Positions 51,924-64,000 of a DNA stretch of 64,000 nt are shown here, in pieces. The position numbers and the translations under genes were made by a program. This stretch comes from Lytechinus pictus. Lineage: Eukaryota. The stretch covers positions 6,884,001-6,948,000 of the forward strand of contig NC_087250.1 in the NCBI RefSeq assembly GCF_037042905.1, in the 5' to 3' direction. Every line of letters begins with the position of its first letter. Position 1 is the first letter of the stretch. Below the pieces are notes generated by a model. It saw only the letters and a program-made list of their open reading frames with translations. It ran no database searches and was not told the origin of the DNA.

Positions 51924-52945
51924 GCAATTGCCAGAACAGCGAGTCCTCATCTTACAGGTCGTTATGTGTACAACTCATCAATATCACTACAGCGGATTGA
52001 AATTAACATGAAAACGCTATGGTGGAATCTACATTCTGTTTTTGTTTTCATCCCGGATCTAAATGATGGATGGTAGGAGCAGGGCTACTTTGCTTCAGCC
52101 TCTCGGATGCAATGTCATGATATTAAAACACGTGATTCCCATTGCATCTTGACAGAAAGCCACGCTTATTATTAGGGCAACGCCATTTTGGGTAAAAAAT
52201 GATCATGAATAAGATCAGATGTGACCCAAATCACTGGCTAGTCTGGGGTCGAACGTAATGTTGCCCCCAAAAGCCCCCATACGACTACTTTCATGGTCAA
52301 ATTGTGTTCGCCAACCAGAAGTGTGTATGTTTCGTTGTTGTTTTTTTTTACAATTATTCATGCGAACTAAGCCTTCTCATTTGTTGAACTTTCCTCTTAA
52401 ATTCTGACAGCAACATTTCAGACATTTCATTCGAAGTAACGTTTGTTCATTTTACAAACAAATTCAGCGGGTTGTCATATTCATTATTATAATCCAAAAC
52501 ACACAAAGTAAACGTATAGAAGTAGTAGTAATGACAGTGGTAGTAATAGTAGTACTTGTAGTAGCAATGGATGTCGTAATGATTGCAATATCAGCATTGG
52601 TTATTGTAATAGTGTTTCACAATAGTGGTCATAGCTGCCTGTAGGCTAAAAAGCATTTATTTCACTCTCTAATTTTCTTACAATAAAATGATTGGGATCA
52701 GGGACGAATCCAATGTTGCATTCACGTTTTCAATCTTGTGGAATAAGAATTCAGTCTTATTCGATTGAAATGTTCCATCCAACATTGGATTGGTCCCTGA
52801 CCACAAACTGTTAGATTGACTTTCAATCTACGAAAGTTAGAGAGTGCACAGGAATTTCGATCAGGGAACAATCCAAAGTTGAATTGAAGTTTCCAATCTG
52901 ATTTAGAATTCAATCTTATTCGATGGAAACGTTTGATCCAACATA

Positions 52946-52947
52946 GA

Positions 52948-52978
<31 letters not shown>

Positions 52979-54175
52979 TTTATTCGTCTTTCTTTCTGCA
53001 CATACATTTTATCTTACAAGTATGATTTCACATTCTACAAATGAAAAAAATCAATTAACCATAAATCATTGTTACAGTAGAAAAAAAAGAAACATTGCAA
53101 AATAACTAAACGTATTGAGAGAAAGACAAGGAGAACCCCTGAAAAAGGAAGGCTTGTAAGGCTAGGGTCTCCTTTGTTTCAAGTACATGACTGAATAGTA
53201 TTCAGTGTTGACATGTAATATCTTTAAAATACAAAAGAAAAAAAAATGCAACAATAAAACAAAAAAGACAAACTAAAACTAATCAATGACAAAAAACACA
53301 CACTAATAGAATACATTGCTTGAATGTACAGTTATGAAGTCTAATAAACTAACAACAATATGATATAATTAAGTGATATATGATGGAAGAGGAAATGAGT
53401 ATGGATAACATGGCATGAAAAAAAGAGGACGATCGTATGTATAAATAATAATAGTAAAGTAAAAAAACATAACATGACAAAGGTAAAAGAAACACAAGAA
53501 AAGAATACAAAAGGAAAAAAACATGGGCTGACCCTCTGCAGAAGAATCCAGTTAGACAAGATACAAGATAAATATATATTGATATAACATAACATTCTCC
53601 AGTCTTATATACAGTTTTTTAGGCTCCAAAATTAAAAATAACATAGTATATAAAAGCATATCTTAACCTAGAGCAACTCACAAATAACAATTAAGAAGAT
53701 AACCTTTAAGTACACGCTGAAAAGTATAAATGCTTACCGATTTTTTTATATTTGAATTGAGAGAGTTCCAGAACCTGGGTCCTGTATTTACAACTGTCCT
53801 AAAAGCAGAACTTGTATGTAACTTGGGTAAGTGGAATGCAGAAGCATTTCGTGTATAATAGTTATGTATGTCACTATTTTTCATGAACATTGTGACCAGA
53901 GCTGGTGGCATGATGCCTGCATTGTATGCATACATTAGAGTACCAAGTTGAAAATCATAGATATCTTGTAATTTTAGAATTCTATGCTCATAAAAAAGTG
54001 GGGTAGTATGCGAGCGATAGTTAACATTACAAACAATTCTTAAAACTCTTTTTTGAATCAAGTACACCCTTTCTAGATTGGTTTTAAGAGAATTACCCCA
54101 TGCAAGAACACCGTAATTGAGATACGGGAGAATTAGTGTTGAATACATCATACAAAGAATATCAGTAGAGAAAAA
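52946..54175 (-). mobile_element. 5'-truncated CR1/L2-group LINE 3' fragment
   Basis: ORF 53678..54151 (YSTLILPYLNYGVLAWG...QKRVLR...HNYYTR...GPRFWNSL) resembles a LINE ORF2 C-terminus; (AGATA)n tail at ~52946-52980. Confidence 0.85.
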
Positions 54176-57045
54176 GGAACATTGGATTGGTCAATGACCA
54201 CAATCTGTTAGATTGACTTTCAATCTACAGTATATGGTTGTTAGAGAGTGCACAAGGTACATAATAAATAGCAATCGATGGTACATGTATAGGCCTTAAT
54301 AAACATGATTAACAGAATACATAACTAACTACTATACATTTACGATAGTGATCGCGGAACAGGCATGTAAATATCCTGTTCCATACTGAATGAACCGATC
54401 ACGTCATCCACTCAATATTTATTTTATCGCAATTATTATGTTGCCTATTCTTGCTCATTCTGCTCATGCTTCTTGCCAAACAAGGAAAATAACTTCCTAA
54501 AACTATCATGGTGCAATTTGTAAATACGTTTTATCGTGGCGACTACCAATGTATAAAAGTGTAGAGATGAAATTACATGCATGTGTAGTGGCTAAAAATT
54601 AGAATAGATAAGCTGTCAGATATGCCAGGTTTTGTAAAGAAGTATTATATTTATGCACTATTTATCCGTATGTTTTACGCCAATAAAGTAATTTCAACAA
54701 TTAAACTCTCATAAATCGAGACTGGTCGATAGAGTTAATGAATCTTATCGTATATTTTTTGCTATTATTTACAATGACGTCAGATCGTAAGTTGTAACAT
54801 ATTGTGTGTAGGTCGTCATGATCATAAACATGGCTATTGCAACAAGTTAAACTGTCAAATACATGTATATTTAGACATAATTTCAAGTTTTTACATGATG
54901 TATCCAATTAGGACGTGAATGTTAAAAATTGAATGAATATTTGAATGTATCAATGTATTATAGTATGCTCGTATAGAAACTAAGATATATAATATAGAAT
55001 AATATATAAGAGTAAAATGTTGAATAAATATGATAATAGAATGTGCTTCGTAAAATAACGTAAATGTTTCCTAAAAATGATACCTCTTCTCTTCATAACA
55101 TACACTTAATGCTGAATTGTCTTTTGTGTAAAGAATTGATTTATGATAGCGATCATTTTCTCGCTCACGATTATGTCTACATCCTTCCAAATGAAATTTC
55201 AATTTCAGCTGTATGTAATGCTGATATTGTTGCCTTTAATAAAAGTAAACCAGATTTTTTTTTTCTAAATGTGTTTTTCAATTTCCACGGTGAGGAACTA
55301 TGTAAAGTTCATTATCTAAAATGAATTAAAAAGCAATACTTTAATTTGATCAGAATGGCTAAATATGGACCACACCCCATCAAATTACATTTTCTTAGCT
55401 ATTTCTTAAATAGTTTTTCGTGGGTTAATACGTGCTAAATGTAGGCGCCGTGGCCGAATGCCGAGTGGTCTTGCATCCAGTTTTGCGATCCGTTTCGATC
55501 AGTAAATTATAAATGCATTTTATATAAACCATTCAAGCTATAAAGTCTGAACGATCAAAGGTGCGAAAATTGACTTTCCATCCATCATTTCCGTACTCCA
55601 TCCATCACAATAGCATTCTAGGATTTTTTTTTCTCGTTCTTGCATTTATACTTATACCTTTAAATCTGTCTTTTATGTTATTCTTTGAGGGACCCACGCT
55701 CAACCAGCCCTGCTTTTTAGTGAATCCCTCCATTTCTTCAACATGTATTTAACTAGTAAAGATGAATAAAGGAAATTATATGCAAAATGATTTGTCATGA
55801 ATAGTCTACAGTTATTATTATGATTATCTATTTCATTGTAAATATCTTGATTAATATTAATATCATATTGTTTAGTGTATAATGCAAATATGTATTTATC
55901 TATGTCTTATTGTCATACTGTATATATTTGTATATTCCTTTTATTTCTTTGTAATGATTTCGTTTACTGTTAAATTGACTTGAGTTGATATAAAAATGAA
56001 CCAAAGTGAAAACTGAACTGAATATATCAAAATCGAAATTCCAGTCTATTTCGAGCCTTGTTGAAAAAAAAAATCCAAATCGTAATGGCGTCATCATCGG
56101 AAGCTATATTAATTTAATCATTGTCATAAAATGTGTGCTTATTGTTAAGTAATGTAATAAAACCTGGCTATAGGCCTACATGCTCATGTGTATACTTTTG
56201 TTAATTTAAATATGGAAATGAAGTCAAACAAATCAAGTCAGATAAAAAAAAACAATATTTGTTTTGTTACTTGGTAACAGAATTGTTGAGGTACGAATGA
56301 ATCGAGTAGAGACTAATAACATTAATAATACCAGATTTCCTCAGAACATCAATAAATGATTGTAATCATATTCCTTTATGTGATTGCGAACAATCATGAT
56401 GAATAAAACGACAATGTGTCTAAAAAAGGAGGCGTTGTCATCTAAACCTGAGAAGCTGTATTGTTCAAATGAAGAGTGTTGAACTTACTACGTTTAGTCA
56501 GATTCGTTCATTTTATTTAGATATTTAATTTTCATTTATTTATTTTATTATTCATTAATTTTATTTGTTTGTTGCGAATCCTTATCCGAAGAAGCTTGTT
56601 CAGTTCGATACAAAAATCATATATTTATTTGCATCTATTATGTTTAGGCCCAGGACATCTATTTTAACATTACCTGTCGTCTTATAATCAGTTGAATGGA
56701 AGTTGGAAGATTATGTTTCATTACGGCGTTTTTTCTTTAGTCTTCATTTAACTTCAGAAGAGGAAAATGTGAATATATAAAGGGGAGAAAAAAGAAGGTA
56801 AATGAGCGAGAGGAGGGAGATTAGAAAGATTAAGAGAAAGTGGATACTAGAAAAACTGAGTGAGCCCCCCCCCCCCCCCCCCCCCCGAAAAAAGGATAGA
56901 GGAGCTTGAGAGAGAAAGAGGGTAGATAAGGGTAGAGAGATACAGTAATAAAGACAGAGAGTTAGGGAAGATGGAGATAAGAGACAGAGAGATAGGGGAG
57001 GAAAGATATAAGAGACAAAAAGAGAGAGGGGAAGAAATAGATAAT

Positions 57046-57208
57046 AGCTTGGTCACATTTGCTCTACGGCGGCCGTACGGCGAGTCGAAAACAGCCGTTT
57101 TAATTTTTTTTTGTACCAGCTATATGTATAGGTGGTTTGAATAAAAATAAATAAAACGGCTGTTATCGACTTGCCGTATGGCCGCCGTAGATCAAATGTG
57201 ACCAAGGT
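57046..57208. mobile_element. Short palindromic MITE (possibly Harbinger-like)
   Basis: cttggtcacatttgctctacggcggcc / ggccgccgtagatcaaatgtgaccaag. Confidence 0.7.
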
Positions 57209-57583
57209 ATAAGAAACAAAAAATATAATGGATAGAGATCGAAAAGCAATCGGAAACAAAATAGAAAAGACAAAAACAGGACATAGCAAGCTAGAGAAAG
57301 ATGGAGATGACTAAAGAAGATGGGAGACAAAAATAAAGATAGGGAGGAATGGGTCCTATCTGTATACACAAATAAATAGAATGAGAGTGGGGAAAGCAAA
57401 AAGGAGATGACGGAATATAAGTTTGGAACAGTAATTGCCGCCATCTGGCGTCAATGAAAGAGAGGGCTATAGGGAGAGAGACAAGGATAAGTCATAAGAA
57501 ATAAATAAAAAAAAAGGGAGTGTGAGAGAGGTAAGGGGAGATGATACATATTTGAGCGCGATGAAGTTGACGGCAAGAGGTAA

Positions 57584-58110
57584 AACCCCCGTCACACTAG
57601 AGGCGGAATGACCCGGAATGCCGTCGGAATGACAATTCTTGGTACATTCCTGGATATTCGAAGCGCATTCTAAAAATTCTGACTGCATTCTGAGTGCATT
57701 CCAGACATTCGGGTCCATTCTTGTGACCGGCCCGAATGTTTTGCTCAAGTTCAAAACTTTCGAAGTGCATTCGATGTAGAGAAATATCGAACGACATTCG
57801 AACTTTCGAAGTGCATTCTGACTGCTCTCTGACTGCATTCTAAATATTCTTGCTGCATTCTAACAGCATTCTTAATATTCTTCCTGTGTTCCGACTGTAT
57901 TCGAGCTGCATTCGACAGTCAATACACCCGTAATGTGCAAGAATCATTCAAGGCGGGATCAAAGGACGTTTTAAGTATTGGAACGACATTTTTGTAAAAG
58001 TAGTGAAAATTTCAAATTCCCTCCCAAATGTGGCACGAATTTTGAAAGTTCTTCATTCCGGCTGGTTCTGCTCGATTCCTGCTGATTCCGAATAAGTGTG
58101 ACTGGGGTAT
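57584..58110. mobile_element. MITE with short TIRs (possibly Harbinger-like)
   Basis: acccccgtcacact / agtgtgactggggt; interior rich in gcattc. Confidence 0.5.
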
Positions 58111-58654
58111 TAGGAGAGATAGGGTGTGGAGATTAAAATGTAACATATATATGAGGCAGGGAGATCCATAGACTAGAGGAATTTAAGGTTGTCAAAGAAA
58201 TGGTTGACAATGAAGCGTTAGACCAACAAACGTCAAACCAATGGCAAGTTTTTCCGTTGTCTCATCGTTGGTGGTCAACATTCTTCGATGGACCAACAAA
58301 CGTTAAGATCGACTTTGCAAATAAAAGGCAAAGTTTTTCACGACGTTGGCAGACACCATTGCTACCCTGCATTGCAGCAACAATACTGTTCCACCCCCCC
58401 CCCCCTTATTTGAATGAGATGACATCACGGATTTACGCCACTGGGCCTGAATGGAGAGTCTTCGCTTTTACTACTGGGAAAATCTTTACAACGCATTGAT
58501 TCCTTTGAAAATGCAAATTAAATGACAAAGGAGAGCTGAGGGGCTTTTGTCGAAAGTCAGATGACTGAGACAGCAGATCATCCCAAGATTTCACCGGTTG
58601 TAAAATTGGAAATATGTCGTTGTCCAGAGTCAGGAGATTCCGATGCTGTCCCGG

Positions 58655-58971
58655 CACTAGCGTACGTACCTACGGGTGGAAGGGGGGGGTTAGTCTGCCC
58701 CCCCTGACGAGCCACAACCCATGCAAAGAACGTATCCCTGCCCCCTGACGAGCTTGAAGACCTTTATTGCCCCCCCCCCCCCTCCCCCCCCCCCCCCCCC
58801 CCCCCCCCTCTAGCTGACGAGCTTGAAGACCTTTTTTTGCTGGTCAATTTTTTTTTTCTGGTACGAAATCATTTATTTGTGATTGAAGACCTTTTTGTGC
58901 TTGTCGATTTTTTGGCGTACGGCCCTCCCCCCCCCCCCCTCCCCCTGTGGAAAATCCTAGGTACGCCACTG
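58655..58971. mobile_element. Short hAT-like MITE inserted into an older palindromic element (~58410-59140)
   Basis: 8-bp TSD tgtcccgg (58647-54, 58972-79). Flanking inverted pair aacgcattgattcctttgaaaatgcaa / ttgcattttcaaaggaatcggtgcgtt. Confidence 0.75.
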
Positions 58972-60587
58972 TGTCCCGGTCAATCAACTTTCGACAAAAG
59001 CCTCTCAGCTCTCCATCGTTTACTTGCATTTTCAAAGGAATCGGTGCGTTGTATAGAGTTTACACGATGTAAATGCGAAAAGTTCGGATTATCACCATTA
59101 ACGACGGCATCCCGAAAAATTTGTGGCGTCGTCACAGGCTGCGGACTGAATACATTCGGACATGAGATGAGAGTGCAATGTGATAAGAAAAATGCAGTTC
59201 TATATAGAAATAGGTCCTTGGGATATGAAATACTATTGTATTCTTAGATGAAAATTAATTTTCTAATTGATTTACTCACCGACACAGGTGCCGCGACCAG
59301 GCTTCAACTTTGTCCACAATGTGTTCACAAAAGACAAAACTCCACTGCAGTTCAGATCAGAGAAATATTCCACAATATCAAACGTAGCGAAGAGTTGTTG
59401 AGGGCGCTATACGGATCGCACACGAAGCTTGAATAAATTCGATCTGTAATGAAGTCGCAGTTGAACTTTACTAGTAGGCTAATGTGAAGTCCAAGGTTAT
59501 TGCACAAATCCCGAAAAAAACATAAAATAATTTCTACTTGAAAATAACAAGCGAATGACATTGAACGAATAAAATGATCCCAGAAATGGATAAATCCATG
59601 AAGTTTACATCACGAGTAACACCACGAGGATGCGCTACTATCTCACGTGCATTCAGCTAATCACGAAATTAGCTCCTCGAGATGACAAAAAGAAGTGAAG
59701 ACAAAAATATTTCCACAGAAAAAGTTCCGATCAAGCCAGGCATCGAAATAAAATAATTGGTTGAACTAAAATATGTTGACCATAAACACAAGCTGCCATT
59801 CGTCCGCAGTTTGATAACAAAACTTGATTGGTTGGTCCGAAAATCGATAAGGCGTGAAAGCTTTAGAATGCGCGTACATGTTTAAGTAATGCAAAACACG
59901 AAACGTCCGTACGCTTAAAAATATGTGTCAAAAACATGAAATTTACAAAGGTATATGAACGAGAAGATACATGTAATGTATGATACGTTCGCCTTGATTG
60001 TCCGTCTAAAAAAAGCGCCCGTGATTTGCGCTGGTCAAATTTTCGTTTCATATGCTTTCCATAACATCGTTACCGTGTGATACATAACACCAAGGAGCTC
60101 CTTGATAACACAAACCTAGAAAGTATAACATCCAACTCGACTCAGTCGGGATCACCTTCCATTTTCCCCATTAGAAATCATCAGCAATTACTAATTTGCC
60201 TTTTATTGATTTATGAAAACCATCGGAGATAATTGCTGGTAATTTCATTTCACCGCAGACCCGTTACGTTCATTCACAATTTATTGAGGAGAAAAAAACA
60301 TTAATTTCGAACATATTTTTTGTGGGGGCGCTCTAATAAAGAAAATTAAAGTTGGTATGGATTGTCACACAACAATCTCTATATTTAATTCAGAAAAAAA
60401 TGGTTCACAGAATTCACTTTATTTTAGAGCCAAGTTATATCAAGAAGAGCTGTAGTAGAAACTGAGCACTAGCAGATCCAGGGGGCACAGCCGGCCAGGG
60501 CCCGAACCCCCTTTGAGAGCACATTTAAAAATTGTAATGTTAATATGCCTTTCTAAGCTAATGTGTCCCGCCCCCTTTAAAAGCGAG

Positions 60588-62192
60588 CAGGGTTGTAATA
60601 AAAAACTTTTTTATCAAAAGAAACAAAACGTTTTTTATTGTTTTAAAACGGTTTAAATCGTTTTTAAACGTCTTTTTACAACGAATGATGCAATTTTTTC
60701 CGTAAATCAATTAAATTATACAGTTTGATTTAAGCTCTTGATGTGTTAAATACATTTTTGGAGTAAGTAAGAGAAAACTATAATTTTTGGTACTGAATTT
60801 CCCACAGAAAGTTCATATTTCCCCAAAAATAAATAAATAATGAAAATTGAATGCCAAAAAACCACACTCAAGTTGACATTTTATAACTTTATCCCTCATA
60901 CATGTACATATGTAGTCCAGGGGCATTTTGAGTCTTGCCAATCTAGGGGGGGGGGTCGAAAAGAGTTTGCACAATTGAACAATATGACATACTGTAATCT
61001 ATGGCGTTTCAAAGCATAATTTCATAAAATTAAAAAATGCTTTATTTCATTTGAATCAATTATGCCAATTTTAAATAAATCTATTAATAAAGCCCTTAAA
61101 ACTGTTTTTTTTTTCGATTGAGGAATTTAGAGCATACAATAAAAAAACAGTATAAAATCTTTTTTATTTCAGTCTTTTTTTTTAAATGGAAATTATTGGC
61201 AATGATTTTAATTAACAAAAAGTACAAAAAATGATACAAATTTTGGCAATAATTTACAATTGGCTTTGTACATGAATTACGTTTTTGAGCAATTTGGGGT
61301 CTGACATGCACTTGCTTGTTGTGTACCTTAACCGCATACCCATGCATGTATCCCAATATAGTCTGAATGGTATGGCGTGGCCCTGTCATGTTTATAGATT
61401 TATCATATAAATTTTTGAGAGGGCAATTAAGGTCCCCTGGGACTGTTGGGGTTTAGGTTTGCTAGCTGATTATCTAATACTGTTTAAAGTACTTTTCTTT
61501 ATCTTTACAAAGCGCAAAGTCACCTGCTTTTGTGTGTACCTCAAGAGTACGATGTCAGTTTTACAATCTATTAATCGTCGCCTGCCCGCACAAAGGCCTT
61601 TAGCGCACACTGCACGTCGCCTTCCTGCAGAAAGGCGAGTGCATTTAACAGTGCGCGTTAACGGTCTTTGTGCGGGAAGGCGGCGCGCATTCCGCGCTAA
61701 CGGCCCTCATGCAGGAAGGTGGCGGTTTGTAGAATATTAATATGCTTGTGCAACAATGTCATTTTATTCAAGTACTATTATGTATTTAAGCTTATTTTAG
61801 ATAGTGTTTCTTTCCCTGTCCATATTAAAGTGAGGACAACTCTTAGATATGTTTGTTGAAATGAGAATATTCTTAATATGGATTGATGTACACAATTGAA
61901 CAGGGAGAAAAGGAACATGACAAAGCAATGGAGAAAGGGAGAATAAAGGGGGGAAGAGAAAAAGAGTGGTGTTGAAAAAGAGTTTTCATTAGTTAGAAAA
62001 AAATAGTATACCACTTTAAAAATAAAAGTATGGAAAAAAAACATTTATCAATTAAACACATCCATGCAAATTTACAACACACAATCCCATGCGGTGTTTT
62101 GAAACAGGTTTTTTTTTTTTTTTTTTAATGGGTGTTTTAAAACACGTTTTAAAACATGTTTAAAAAACACCGTTTACAACGTGCCAACCCTG
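60588..62192. mobile_element. Non-autonomous hAT-like element nested in a short hAT-like MITE (~60467-62305)
   Basis: Termini cagggttg / caaccctg and exact 8-bp TSD aaagcgag (60580-87, 62193-200). Confidence 0.8.
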
Positions 62193-62692
62193 AAAGCGAG
62201 GAATTTTTTTTTCTTTCCCTCTTTCTCTTTTTTTTTTTGCTTGTCAAATTTTCCTCCGGAAAATGTGTCTCCCCCTTTTGAAAAAAAATCCTGGATCCGC
62301 CCCTGAAACTTGACAGTGTCAAAAATCAAGCATTTATCCCCAAGGACCGGAAATATGCCGAAGTAGCCTACCCCATTTCACCAAACATAGAGACAGTTTT
62401 AACAGACGACAATCATTGTATGTAGGATGAGGGCCATCGGGTCAAGGTACAGGGTTATGATACAACCTTGACCGTATTCGACAGTTACCACAGGAACTGC
62501 GCCCCTCAGCCAATTAAAACGTCAAGAAAAAGGGTCAGATCAGACAACTTGTCGGACAAAAATGTTTAGGAAACGCTCGCCTGAACTCGTAAGACATAAA
62601 CAAATGCATCCTACTGAAAAGCCCTATGTGATGGGTCAAACAAGATAATTAATGGCAATGATATATCAAAACATGTTGATTTTAAATGCATA

Positions 62693-62972
62693 CACTCTAA
62701 AATATTTTTTTTAAAATAAAAATAGGGGGCCTATTGGATCAATTTTTTACCACCACTGGGGTAATTATGTGTCCAACCAATTTCTGGCAGTATTTTACCC
62801 TATGCGGATAGCATATTGTCCAGTAATGTTGAAAGAATAAACAGCTATTACTTTAGAATGGGCAAAATTTTCATCACACTGGATGAATGAAAATGCTCAA
62901 AAAAAATGCCCAATGTTCGGTGGACACATAATTACCCTCATGGAGCACTTTTACTCAATATTTTTTAGAGTG
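62693..62972. mobile_element. Small TA-flanked MITE
   Basis: tacactctaaaa / ttttagagtgta; internal gggtaattatgtgtcca / tggacacataattaccc. Confidence 0.65.
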
Positions 62973-64000
62973 TATAGTTCAGAAGAATTATGCAAAAGAT
63001 ATTATCATGGAATACTTTAGGATGAATACAATAAGATTTGAACAGATTGATTAGAATCATACAAACCAAACTCTGAAATTCATCGAAATCAGACTTTGAA
63101 TTACAAAGTTATGACTTTCTAAAATATTTTAATTACTTTTGATGATTTTGTGTGCAGATCTTCATGCAGATGGAGAAGAGGCTTGTATGATATTATTTTA
63201 TGAATATTATGTAAAAATCTATCACGAAATTGGATTTTTGTAATAAGAATTTTGAAAACAAATTCTTGATCGCTTAGCTTGCGTGAAGCATTTTATCAAT
63301 TTTGCCCGATATGCCATATCTGACCCTCTCCAGATCGTTGGCTCACTACGCCACTGTCTTCATGATTGTGCATTGAGGAAGCCCATGTTGTCATATCCCC
63401 TTTATTCTTTCGTATTTTATAATTTGACATAATGTTTGACCAATTTCTTTCCTCAAAAAGTGTAAAAACAAAATCAACTACTGCTTCATTTAATGTGTTC
63501 AAGATCATCGAAGCTGAAACCTGTTTTGTAACATGGGAGACTTTTGGTGTGGGAATAAGCCATAATTAAAGTTTCATATGATGGAAAATGAGGGTATCAC
63601 ATCTAAATCAACCGCGTAGCAAGGATTTAATTTTGGAGGGGGCAGTGAACACTTACAGAGAAGCGCGCTCCCTATAGGGGAGAGGGTGCAGGGAGGGGGA
63701 AGTCGTCTTGCATCCTCTCCCTTTGCGAAGTGCGATATCTAATCAAATTCAAATCAAAAGAAGACGTCTCTTGCGTCTCTAGTATACCCTTATAAACTCG
63801 CCTTAAATCGACTTGCTATGATAAAAAAACAGTTATGAAAGAAGAAATTATGAACGTCCAAAAAGGGGGAAAAGATTGAGCAATATGAAGAAAAAAATCC
63901 TGTTCCCGCGCAAAGCGCGGAAGCTAAAACGTTTTATAAAAATTGAGAACAGAAGTGGTCTACATTGGTCAGATCAGATTTGATGGCAAAAGCGTTCCTT

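Noticed and set aside
58837..63508. Second gene near the window end
   Set aside because: Only short ORFs overlapping MITEs, with no motif or phase-consistent exon chain that I can support.

Overview
AT-rich, repeat-dense animal genomic DNA; the repeat types and gene family suggest an echinoderm, probably a sea urchin (inference). There are no prokaryotic genes, rRNA/tRNA genes or CRISPR arrays. One host gene is supported: the 3' part of a + strand leucine-rich-repeat gene, probably NLR-type. It has six phase-compatible exons (630-678, 10055-10356, 43355-43403, 46943-47445, 48371-48470, 51876-51923) and an internal duplication of a two-exon module. The intron at 10357-43354 has grown from roughly 0.8 kb to 33 kb by nested insertion of inverted-repeat elements. 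The outer layer is an Academ-like element (11615-42228). Inside it are a decayed AcademX transposon (13385-19912; transposase + XPG/FEN1-like nuclease + Cys-rich tail, ~1 kb TIRs, TAA TSD), a 4.1 kb near-perfect palindrome with a 6-bp TSD (22155-26274), and a 13.8 kb foldback element with a 10-bp TSD (27335-41171). The foldback arms are concatemers of MITE-like modules forming a ~388-bp satellite with a 6-unit higher-order repeat. The Academ TIRs carry periodic arrays of the RFX X-box palindrome GTTGCCATGGCAAC. The rest of the window is CR1/L2-group LINE fragments, hAT-, Kolobok-, Tc1- and Harbinger-like MITEs, and a Helentron/HINE-like element. All coordinates were read by eye; family names rest on termini, TSD length and motifs, not on database searches.
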